Origin: Escherichia coli
Lineage (GTDB): Bacteria > Pseudomonadota > Gammaproteobacteria > Enterobacterales > Enterobacteriaceae
DNA length: 64,000 bases
Assembly: GCF_003790525.1 (NCBI RefSeq)
Contig: NZ_CP033635.1
Strand: one strand, 5' to 3'
Shown in pieces: positions 1 through 9,169 of this stretch. Position 1 is the first letter of the stretch. Every line of letters begins with the position of its first letter. The notes beneath the pieces are model-generated. The model ran no database searches. It worked only from the letters and a program-made list of their open reading frames with translations, and had not been told where the DNA came from. The position numbers and the translations under genes were made by a program.

Positions 1-965
1 TCAAATTCAACGCGGCGAACTTCTCCATCCCAATTTTTCAGCATGTCAATTGCCGCACGGGCCATCTTATCGACAGGTTGTCGAACAGCAGTTAAAGAAG
101 GGACGTTGTAAACCGATTCTTGTGTTGCATTAAAGCAGACCAGCGCAACATCTTCAGGAACGCGCAGCCCATGTTCTGCCAGGGCGCGTAAACAACCGAG
201 AGCCTGTTGTTCATTCGTCGCAAACAGGGCGCGTGGCAGTTGGTTCTCAAGCATGCGTTTTGTCGCTTCGTAACCGCCGGCGCGGGTATAGTTGGTCGAA
301 AAAATCCATGAGGGATTGACCACTAACGATGAGGCTTCCAGCGCCTGCCGCCAACCCCGGATACGATCCTGAGTATTCAGCATTTCACGTGGGCCGCAGA
401 TGATGCCGATGTCGCGGTATCCGTGATCAATCAGATGTTGTGTTACCAGCATTGCCGCCAGTTGTTCATCAACCTGGATAACGCTGACGTTAAGTCCAGG
501 ATCCACACGATCGAGCATGACGCAGGGGGTACCGCTCTCCTGAATCAAATTGATATAAGGATGGCGATCAACACTGGTGTAGATCAGCCCGTCAACCTGA
601 CGGTGCAGCATATTATTAATGAGTTCACGTTCACGGCAGCTACTGTCGCCTGCGTCTCCCAGCAGGAGTACTTTGCCATCAGCAAAGGCTTCGTGCTGCA
701 GAGCATGAGCTATAGAAGCGATAAACGGGTTCGAGATGTCCGGCACGACTAGCCCGTAAGTTTGCGTACTCCCTGAAGCCAGCGCACGCGCGATGCCATT
801 GGGTCGATAACCGGTTTTCTTAATTGCCTGTAGTACACGTTGCCGAGTCGCTTCGGCAACGGGGCGCGGACCATTATTAATAACGTAACTAACGACAGCG
901 ACGGATGTCCCTGCTTCTTTTGCCACGTCAGAGCGTGTTACGCGTTGTGAATGTGATTGAGTCAC
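1..965 (-). CDS. LacI-family transcriptional regulator (3' end runs off the window start)
   Basis: Minus-strand frame from a GTG at 965..963 translates to MTQSHSQRVTRSDVAKEAGTSVAVVSYVINNGPRPVAEATRQRV..., a typical LacI-type N-terminal HTH followed by a periplasmic-binding-like sugar domain. No stop occurs before position 1, which is why it is absent from the ORF track. Confidence 0.6.
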   Translation of the reverse strand, partial: MTQSHSQRVTRSDVAKEAGTSVAVVSYVINNGPRPVAEATRQRVLQAIKKTGYRPNGIARALASGSTQTYGLVVPDISNPFIASIAHALQHEAFADGKVLLLGDAGDSSCRERELINNMLHRQVDGLIYTSVDRHPYINLIQESGTPCVMLDRVDPGLNVSVIQVDEQLAAMLVTQHLIDHGYRDIGIICGPREMLNTQDRIRGWRQALEASSLVVNPSWIFSTNYTRAGGYEATKRMLENQLPRALFATNEQQALGCLRALAEHGLRVPEDVALVCFNATQESVYNVPSLTAVRQPVDKMARAAIDMLKNWDGEVRRVEF

Positions 966-1069
966 GAAGCACCTACCTAATTGCGTTCAGAGTGATTTTT
1001 TCCAGACAGCATAAGGCGTTATGACCCAAAAATCTTTGGTAAAGAACGCGCATCTCACGTTCTCTGGCC

Positions 1070-2470
1070 TTAAATTGCATCCTCGGGTAAGTTGAGATCC
1101 CGCCCGCGAGTCTCTGGTGCAAAGAACGTGGTCACCAGTCCAATCGCGGCCATAAAGGCGAAATAGATAGCGATTGGCCACCAGTGTCCGTAAAACGAGA
1201 GTAGCGCAGAGGCGATAAGTGGCGCTGTCCCGCCAGACATAATGGAACCGAGCTCTTTTGCAAATGCCATTTTGGTATAACGATTAGTGACACCGAAAAG
1301 CTCAACGCCCCACGCAGCCTGAACACCAAAAATACCCAGTGAAGCAAGCCCCATCCCGGTAATGATCGTCGGGATAACAATCCACGGCTCACGGGAATCC
1401 AGCAGCATAAATGCTGGAAAGGCATACAGGATCAGTAACAGGCAGAACCAACGATAGATGATACGTCTACCGAATCTATCGGACAGCCAACCCGCCAGAG
1501 GAATAATGGCAAATCCCAGAACGGATGCAATAAGTACGGCTGCCGTGGGTACGGACTCATCTACCATTAGTACTTTAGCGACATAACCAATGATAAACCC
1601 CTGAGCGAGATAAGAAGGACCATTCTCACCTATGCGTAATCCGACCATAGTCCAGAAGGCACGGGTCCGTTTCCAGAAGCTACGAGTGTCATGTTGTTGT
1701 TGTGCTTTTCCCTCACGAAGAACCTTTTCTCGTTCAGCCTGCAGAAGGGCTTTTTGACGTTCAAAGACTGGTGTTTCGCGTATATGACGACGAATTAATA
1801 GAGCGGCAGCAGCAATAAGAATGCTACAAAGAAAAGGAATACGCCATCCCCAGTTTAATAAGTCATCCTTGTCCATTTGCAGGACGATGAGCCAAACCAG
1901 TGAAGCCAGTAATGTTCCGCTGTTCGACCCCAGACCAATAACAGATGAAACTAGTCCACGTCGTTTAACGGGAGCATATTCACCAAGCATCACAGTACCG
2001 CCTGAAAGCTCCGCGCCAGCTCCCAGCCCCTGAGAAAATCGAAGGATAACCAGACATATCGGTGCCCAGACGCCTATCTGGGCGTAACTGGGGATTAATC
2101 CTATTAGCATGGTCGACATGCCCATCAATCCAATAGTGATAACCATGACAATTTTCCGACCATGTTTATCGCCTATCCAGCCGAACAGTAATGCACCAAT
2201 AGGGCGGGCAATAAACCCAACAGAATAGGCGGCAAAGCTGGAAAGTAATGCTATGACGGGTGTCACCTCCGGAAAAAAGACATCGCCAAAGATAATACCT
2301 GCGGCAAGTCCGTACAGAGCAAAATCGGCATACTCCATTGTAGTGCCTAGCCAGCAGGAAAAGGTAGCTCTCCAAAACTCGCGACGTCCCTCGGGGGTTT
2401 CCAGACGCTCCTGAGCTGCCTGTTGGTTATCCACTAGGGGAACAGAGGATGATGGATGATGTGTGTTCAT
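1070..2470 (-). CDS. MFS metabolite:H+ symporter (MHS-type, ProP/KgtP/ShiA-like)
   Basis: 466-aa ORF with about 12 predicted hydrophobic segments, the GxxxDKxGRK motif (WIGDKHGRKIVM) after TM2 and a long charged central loop. Adjacent and co-oriented with the LacI-family gene. Confidence 0.8.
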   Translation of the reverse strand: MNTHHPSSSVPLVDNQQAAQERLETPEGRREFWRATFSCWLGTTMEYADFALYGLAAGIIFGDVFFPEVTPVIALLSSFAAYSVGFIARPIGALLFGWIGDKHGRKIVMVITIGLMGMSTMLIGLIPSYAQIGVWAPICLVILRFSQGLGAGAELSGGTVMLGEYAPVKRRGLVSSVIGLGSNSGTLLASLVWLIVLQMDKDDLLNWGWRIPFLCSILIAAAALLIRRHIRETPVFERQKALLQAEREKVLREGKAQQQHDTRSFWKRTRAFWTMVGLRIGENGPSYLAQGFIIGYVAKVLMVDESVPTAAVLIASVLGFAIIPLAGWLSDRFGRRIIYRWFCLLLILYAFPAFMLLDSREPWIVIPTIITGMGLASLGIFGVQAAWGVELFGVTNRYTKMAFAKELGSIMSGGTAPLIASALLSFYGHWWPIAIYFAFMAAIGLVTTFFAPETRGRDLNLPEDAI

Positions 2471-2897
2471 AAGAACTCCTTGATATTATCTGTCAGATAT
2501 ACATCACAGGTAGATATCTTTCTTAAATCTACTCATGTAGATATTGTGTTTTATTACATATAAATAAATCTACTCGCGTAGACAAACCAGTCAATGGAAG
2601 TAAAATCGTGATAGAGATCACCCATAAGGTGTAAGCGCAAAGCTGGCGTTGTCTGTATCCCCGCTCCTGCCGGGCTAATTTACGCTTAAAACATCAGCAA
2701 TACACCAGCGTATTCAGTAGCGACAAGCATGAGTCACACTCAAACTCCCGACCATCACCATCCTTGAAAGGTTACAGATCCTGATATACCTGTGTTTATA
2801 ATTACCCTACTGTATTTTCATCATGAAACTGAATCGCTACACAGAGCTGTTTATCTGCAGAGTACAGGCTGGATATGGTTTATTATTACCGTAAGGT

Positions 2898-4311
2898 GTC
2901 AACGACGGATGAAAAGTGGCTCTTCCGCAACCTGGGTGGAAGAAAATGGATGAAACTTTCTGGTGAATAAAGATCTAAGCTGTTTTAAGTTATGGGCAAC
3001 GCAATGCACTCTCTTAAGACACTTCTACAGTTACCTTGCGGATGGAGATGCAGTCGACAAATTATTAGCTCTGACGGTATAACCCTCCATCTCCACGGAA
3101 AACGCAAAACAGCACAAGTCCTGAATGCTTTAAGCGTAGCGACTCTGTTCATAGTTATCGTCGGCGCCGGATACAGCATCTACCCTGCTTAGGGCAGACG
3201 CTATGGCTTGTATTTTCCGTCCGCCACTGGTACTGCCGTAACCCGGCTTGTTCACGTAAAATTTTTGCCGGGTCGCTTGCCCCCTTCGCCGGTTCACTCC
3301 CAGCATTCTTCACAGGTGTTACAAAATTTACAACATCAACTGGGATTAATAGCCGGAGGTGAGGCCGGGAAACAGGCAGCAACGGCAGTGGGGCTCCGTT
3401 GCAGTGCTGATACTCTTCTTCGCAGGGTTATTAATACCCCGGAGACGAAACAGTCAGGCGCGCCTCATGTCGGTATTGATGAGTGGGCGTGGCATCGGGG
3501 CTACCATTACGGTACGTTAATCGTCAATCTTTATACTCACCGTCCCCTCGTCCTGCTTCCCGGTTGCGATCAGAGTACGCTGGCGACCTGGTTCAGAAAA
3601 TATCCGGAAATACAGGTTGTCTCACGTGACCGTGGCGGAGTCTATGCGACAGCAGCACGTGAAGGTGCACCTCAGGCCAGACAGATAGCTGATCGATGGC
3701 ACCTGCTAAAAAATATTGGCGATGCGCCTGAACGAATGATGTACAGACAGATGCCTCTGATACGTCTTGTTGCCAGTGGGTTGTCACCAAAGAAATCACC
3801 TGAGCCAGAACTGTCTGTGCCTGTAGCATCGCTCCGTCGTCCGGAACGCCTTAAACAGCAAACCCGCCAAAAATGGCATCAGCGTTGGACAGAGGTTATG
3901 GCACTACATAACAAGGGATGTGGGTTCAGGGAAATATCCCGTATTACAGACTTATCACGTGTGACAGACAGTCTCTGGGTGTGTTCAGGAACATTCCCTG
4001 AAATGTCAACCCGGCCTCCAGAGCGAGGACTTATGGACCCATGGAAGGAGTGGTTAAAAGAGCAACGAGAAAGTGGTAACTTCGGCGCGTGGCTGCGAGG
4101 ATGGAAGCTGATGCTGCGGCTATATGTGAGGCAATCAGCAGTCGCTGGAATAATGGGGGGTGTCGAAAGTCATGTAAATCGGCTAAAAATGCTGAAAGGC
4201 CAGATGTATGGTCGAGCCGGATTTGAACTACTCAGGCAGAGGGTCATGAGTCCACTGGCATGAAAATCTCCATCCAGGTTGCGGAAGAGCCACTTTTCAT
4301 CCGTCGTTGAC
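2898..4311 (+). mobile_element. Insertion sequence (ISL3-family-like), about 1.41 kb, with perfect 38-bp terminal inverted repeats
   Basis: gtcaacgacggatgaaaagtggctcttccgcaacctgg at 2898..2935 is exactly reverse-complemented at 4274..4311. A transposase-like reading frame fills the interior. Confidence 0.6.
2992..4263 (+). pseudogene. IS transposase interrupted by an in-frame TAG stop at 3190..3192
   Basis: Track ORFs 2992..3192 and 3208..4263 are in the same frame, separated only by an amber codon. The C-terminal part has DDE-type transposase character (DEWAWHRGYHYGTL... DRWHLLKN). Combined length of about 423 codons fits ISL3-family transposases. Confidence 0.5.
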
Positions 4312-5098
4312 AGCTTGGGGGGTAGTGCATCGGTACCTCTAGGTCAAAGGAGGTATTCATATCCATATTAACGACTTGAATATGTTGACAGTACTGATTC
4401 AGATTAACGAAAAACGACCGAGCTTCTCTACTACGCACCTCACCTATCCAGAGGATTGATGAGTATCCGCATCGGCTACGACGGTGCGTAACGATGAGCT
4501 TTGAACAGGGCAAACTCTTTCATGACCCGGCCTTGGCAGTACATCAATCAGACCCTGTGACCTCTATTTGCAACTGACGTTTGTCGATAGTATTGATGAT
4601 ATGCTAGTGCAGGGTAAGAAATTACGAAATATGTTTAATCGGCAAGATTTTGAGTAACGCCTCAACATGCTCAATGAGTCATGTGGTCTGATGAGCATAA
4701 GGCTTTAGCCAGCTGATATAATCCCGAACTATGCCGTAGTTAGGGCAAAGAATGCGGTAGACGGGTAGGCGTAACTGAACTGGAAATACCAGTATTGTTC
4801 ATTACGATAAGGTGCGAAGTAAAGCATCGTGAACGGCTTTAGCCTGTTTGCCACAAGAATAATGACCGTTTTCAATCGGTTTTAGGTGGATGATGAGGGG
4901 GATTTTACTCAGTAGGGACGACGTCAAAGCCTATCCAGAGATAAATGGAAAAGATAGTATTCGAAATTGAGAACGGTTGGGGTTGGTTATCGTTCTGTTT
5001 TAGCAACTAAACAATAACTCCCCAACCGTTATCATTTCCAGCACACGATAATCTGCAATGAACATTAAAAATTCACGGCGGCGGTCGCTTTCCTTAAT

Positions 5099-6061
5099 TT
5101 ACGTCTCCTCTTGGGAGTGGATAATATGGGTGCCTGTTTCGCCACGCAGTGCCGCGGACAGGCATTCAGGCGTGGTGATAATCACTCTTTTACCTCCACG
5201 TTCCAGGAACTCCAGACTGGCAAGAATCTTCGGTAACATACTCCCAGGCGGGAAGTGACCCTCCTGCATGTAACGGGCCATCGTTAGGACATCCACTGTA
5301 TCCAGTGCATGCTGGTTGGGTTTCCCAAAATGAATACTCACTTTTTCCACGCCGGTGGTGATCACCAGAATGTCGGCGTGAATTTCGCGAGCCAGTAGCG
5401 CGCTAGAGAGATCTTTGTCGATAACCGCGTCCACGCTTTGGTAATCCCCTGCGTCAGTACGCACCACCGGAATGCCACCGCCGCCCGCGCCAATCACCAC
5501 AAAGCCTTGCTGGATCAGAGTCTTAATGGCAGGTGCTTCGACAATACGTTTCGGTTCCGGCGAGGCGACCACGCGGCGATAGCCCCGTCCGGCATCTTCA
5601 ACAAAACGCCAGTCAGGGTTTGCCTTTTGTAGTTCATCACGCTGGTTTTCACTAAAGAATGCACCGATGGGCTTGGTGGGATGGACAAACCCCGGATCGT
5701 TTTTATCCACTTCCACCTGAGTCACCACGGTGACGGCTTTTTTCTCGCCGTGAGGCGCCAGCCGGTTGTTCAGCGCCTGCTGGATCAGATAGCCAATGCC
5801 GCCTTGCGTATCCGCCACACAGTTCGCCAGCGGCGTTAAGGGTAGCCCTTCGCGCTCGTGGGCTATCTCCGCGCGGCGTAAATCCAGACCGACCTGCGGC
5901 CCGTTGCCGTGGGTCAGCACAATGTCGTAATCGGAAGCCAGCATTTCCAGAACCGTATCGGCGACGGCCTTCACCGCCTCCGCCTGATGCTCAATCGACT
6001 GGCTGGCGTTATCTTTGATAATGCTGTTGCCACCAATGGCAACGACCACAAGTTCTTTCAT
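5099..6061 (-). CDS. Carbamate kinase (ArcC/YahI-like)
   Basis: 320 aa beginning MKELVVVAIGGNSI, with DIVLTHGNGPQVG and a GGGGIPV motif characteristic of the carbamate kinase / amino acid kinase fold. Last gene of the minus-strand operon. Confidence 0.8.
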   Translation of the reverse strand: MKELVVVAIGGNSIIKDNASQSIEHQAEAVKAVADTVLEMLASDYDIVLTHGNGPQVGLDLRRAEIAHEREGLPLTPLANCVADTQGGIGYLIQQALNNRLAPHGEKKAVTVVTQVEVDKNDPGFVHPTKPIGAFFSENQRDELQKANPDWRFVEDAGRGYRRVVASPEPKRIVEAPAIKTLIQQGFVVIGAGGGGIPVVRTDAGDYQSVDAVIDKDLSSALLAREIHADILVITTGVEKVSIHFGKPNQHALDTVDVLTMARYMQEGHFPPGSMLPKILASLEFLERGGKRVIITTPECLSAALRGETGTHIIHSQEET

Positions 6062-6087
6062 AGAATTATCTTCCGTTTGCAGGCTAT

Positions 6088-7638
6088 TCAGGTCGTTTTA
6101 GTCTCTTCCTGCTCAGACGCAGCCACTGTTTCACGGCTATCAATAACATGCTTGAGGGCAAACATAGCAAGCATCATCAGGTAGGCCACAACAAACACAA
6201 TCGAGCTGCCTTCCGCAAAGCCAACCGCTGGGGAGTGAATCACGCCAAACAGCGATAACAGTGCTCCAAAGGATGCAGCTATCGCCCCGCGCAGCGGCTT
6301 ATTCATAATGGCAAAGATCGCAATGCATCCCCACAGCATGCTGGCCAGCGGTGCACCGCTTCCCAGATGCATCAGTCCATCGTAATAGACGCCTTTGCTG
6401 TGCAACAGGTCGCTACCAAGTTTCTCAGCGGATGTTCCGGCTGCGCCCATCACGCTGTTAACGATGGTCAATGCCCAGTTGGCGACCCATGGGAACAGAC
6501 AGATGAAAATAACGGGAACCTCGACTTTAGGAGTTTCTCGCACCACCTGATTGGCGGTTACCACACCGATAAAAACCAGAATTGGCACTATAGCAGTCAT
6601 GGGAATAATGGCGAGCATAAACGCGCCCAACCCAAACAATGGCACCAGGAACATAGTGATGCCTGATGCGAGGGTATAGCAGATACTAGCGCCCATAGCT
6701 TTCCAGCCTGCATGCCCAACATATACGGTTACCGGGAACGGATTACCCAGCATGCAACCGAGCATGGAGGCAAAGCCGTTCGCCATCATGACCTTACGGG
6801 TGTTGTATTCATCACCAGCCGCGTGCGCACTTTCAATGTTCTCGAGGTCAAAAATGTAGTTAGCCAGGCCCAAAGGAACTGCAGAAGCCAGATATGGCAG
6901 AGCGTGCGGCAAACCTTGCAGGAAGCTCCTTACATGAATTTCCGGCGGGTTGAAGCCGAAGGAAGACATCGACGCTTTAATGTCTTCCGGGCTTTGTAAA
7001 CCGGATATCCACGCTAGGGACGTACCAGCAATCAGCAACAGCAAACCGGTAGGAATATGGGGAAAAATCGGCTTCTTACCGAACCAGTTAATGAAGATCA
7101 ATAACAGGACGATGAAAGAAACTGTCGGCGCTTCGAACGCTTGCAGCATCGGGTTCATTGCCAGCAGTAATAACCCCAGTCCGGACAGACAAGAAAGCAG
7201 CACTGTACGCGGGATCATCTTGCGGATAGTCTCACCCAGGAAGGAGCCACCGACCAGGATCAACGCTTCGACAAAGCACCACACCAATCCTATCTGAATA
7301 GCAAAGTTGGCATCTTTGGTTTGCTGATAAACCGGCATCAGCACCAGGAATGTCACGGTAAAGATTGAGGGTGCGCTCGGTCCAGACGGCAGCGCCGTTA
7401 CATCGCTACGACCGGTTTTCTTCACCATCTGTAGACCAAACCAGGAGTAGCAGACACTGGCCGCCAGCACTGCAAGACCAAAGGCAGGCGCAATGCGTCC
7501 ATAGACAATTTCAGTAGGGATTCCGACGACAAAAATTAGCAGACCCATCATTGTCAGCAGGTTAGTCAGATTGTTGGTCATCAGTCCAAAGTAAGCCGCC
7601 CAGTCACCACGTTTCCATTCTAGTTTTATGCTGTTCAT
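6088..7638 (-). CDS. Polytopic membrane permease (possibly NCS2/AzgA-like nucleobase-type transporter)
   Basis: 516 aa, highly hydrophobic with many predicted TM segments, embedded between the DUF1116 and carbamate kinase genes. Family assignment is tentative. Confidence 0.45.
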   Translation of the reverse strand: MNSIKLEWKRGDWAAYFGLMTNNLTNLLTMMGLLIFVVGIPTEIVYGRIAPAFGLAVLAASVCYSWFGLQMVKKTGRSDVTALPSGPSAPSIFTVTFLVLMPVYQQTKDANFAIQIGLVWCFVEALILVGGSFLGETIRKMIPRTVLLSCLSGLGLLLLAMNPMLQAFEAPTVSFIVLLLIFINWFGKKPIFPHIPTGLLLLIAGTSLAWISGLQSPEDIKASMSSFGFNPPEIHVRSFLQGLPHALPYLASAVPLGLANYIFDLENIESAHAAGDEYNTRKVMMANGFASMLGCMLGNPFPVTVYVGHAGWKAMGASICYTLASGITMFLVPLFGLGAFMLAIIPMTAIVPILVFIGVVTANQVVRETPKVEVPVIFICLFPWVANWALTIVNSVMGAAGTSAEKLGSDLLHSKGVYYDGLMHLGSGAPLASMLWGCIAIFAIMNKPLRGAIAASFGALLSLFGVIHSPAVGFAEGSSIVFVVAYLMMLAMFALKHVIDSRETVAASEQEETKTT

Positions 7639-7750
7639 GGAATCTCCTTAACAGGTTAAGCATCGTTTGCGATCATGGAGATCGCCCAGCCCTGAAGGTA
7701 AACAACGTTTTCCGCTACTGTGGGGCTAACTGCGTTAGCCCCGGTTATTG

Positions 7751-9169
7751 TTATTGGCAGTAGTGGTCACGCCAGTTGAGGATCGCCTTTTCAAAACAAG
7801 TGAACGGCGGGTGAACAATTCCTGCGCCGATCATGCCGATCCCTGCGTCTTTGTGCGCAATGGCTGTGTTAATTACCGGCAGAATGCCTGTACTGCCTAC
7901 ACGTGTAATATCGATAGCGGTCGGTACGCCCATAAAACCAAGCAGGGGAATGGTGACGTTGGGGTTTTCTCCGAGAGTGATTTCTCTCATTTTACGTGAG
8001 AAATCAATAGCTTCCTCAACTGTTCCGCCCACCAGTGACACAATAGCTGGTGCCGTCGCCATAGCGAAACCGCCAACGCCGTAGGTTTCGGTAATTGCAC
8101 TATCACCGATATCACGTCCGGAATCCTCTAGCTTATAGCCCGCAAACATCGGCCCAATCACCTGCTGCGCCGGACCGGTAAACCACTGGCCCGGCAAACC
8201 GCTAATACGAAGACCGAACTCAACACCATTGCGTGCCATCGTTGTCACCACGGTGCTGTATTCAATGCCGTGCGCAGCGTCCATTGCGGCTTTACACATT
8301 GCCATCCATGTTGGTCCTGAGAAGTAATCACTACTGAGGACAAACTCGAACACCTCACGCTGCTGCTCAACAGGGTAGCCAGTCTGAATAATCCACGGCG
8401 TCAGCGTCTGAATCAGCAGCGCCGTCCCGGCGTTGTTGCGGTTATGGCACTCATCGCCCATATGCAGCGCCTGCGCTAACATCAAGTGCAGATCGATTTC
8501 GCCCGCCAGCTTCATAGCATCGCGCAACATAGGTCCCAGTACATCTCGCATCCAGTTAAGACGCTCTATAACGCTCTGGTCGTTAGCGCCCATACGCAGG
8601 ATCTTTGCCATCTGCTCGCTCATATTGGTATATGCGCGGTTTCCATAGGTTTTGTTCTCGACGATGTGCATAAACATCGATGCAGACGTGACACCCGCCA
8701 TTGAGCCGACACAGTCATGTTCGTGGCACGGAGAGAAGATGATTTCACCTGAAGCAGCTAGTTCGGCGGCATCATCCAGATCTTTCGCCAGTCCTTCAAA
8801 TACCAGAGCCCCGGTTACTGCGCCCTTCATTGCGCCGCACATTTTTTCCCAGTGGATTGGCGGCCCGGCGTGAAGGATAGTGTTACGGGTCATACCCGGC
8901 ACGACGTTGATCGCCTGATCATAGCCAATTAGCACAGGATGCGACTGGATAATGCGTTCCAGCGCCAGCTGATTAGCAGCTGCAATTTTGTCTGCCAGTG
9001 GTGAAGCGGCAATGTCGTCCAGTGCCGTTACCACTTGTATGTTTCCTTGGCCTGGCGGTGTCCAGTCAAGTTGGGTTACCGGTACATTCTGCTTTTTCAT
9101 GTCATCGCTGAACATTTCGATACCGACATTAATAACGTTCAGCGGCTGATTAAACAGTGTCTGGCTCAT
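7751..9169 (-). CDS. DUF1116-family protein (YahG/YlbE/AllG-like, putative carbamoyltransferase subunit)
   Basis: 472 aa. Its start codon overlaps the upstream FdrA-like stop by one base (TGATG), indicating translational coupling. Same size and operon position as K-12 YahG. Confidence 0.7.
   Translation of the reverse strand: MSQTLFNQPLNVINVGIEMFSDDMKKQNVPVTQLDWTPPGQGNIQVVTALDDIAASPLADKIAAANQLALERIIQSHPVLIGYDQAINVVPGMTRNTILHAGPPIHWEKMCGAMKGAVTGALVFEGLAKDLDDAAELAASGEIIFSPCHEHDCVGSMAGVTSASMFMHIVENKTYGNRAYTNMSEQMAKILRMGANDQSVIERLNWMRDVLGPMLRDAMKLAGEIDLHLMLAQALHMGDECHNRNNAGTALLIQTLTPWIIQTGYPVEQQREVFEFVLSSDYFSGPTWMAMCKAAMDAAHGIEYSTVVTTMARNGVEFGLRISGLPGQWFTGPAQQVIGPMFAGYKLEDSGRDIGDSAITETYGVGGFAMATAPAIVSLVGGTVEEAIDFSRKMREITLGENPNVTIPLLGFMGVPTAIDITRVGSTGILPVINTAIAHKDAGIGMIGAGIVHPPFTCFEKAILNWRDHYCQ

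Noticed and set aside
423-752. 109-aa plus-strand ORF
   Set aside because: It is antisense and internal to the LacI-family regulator gene; the minus-strand frame gives a coherent LacI-type protein.
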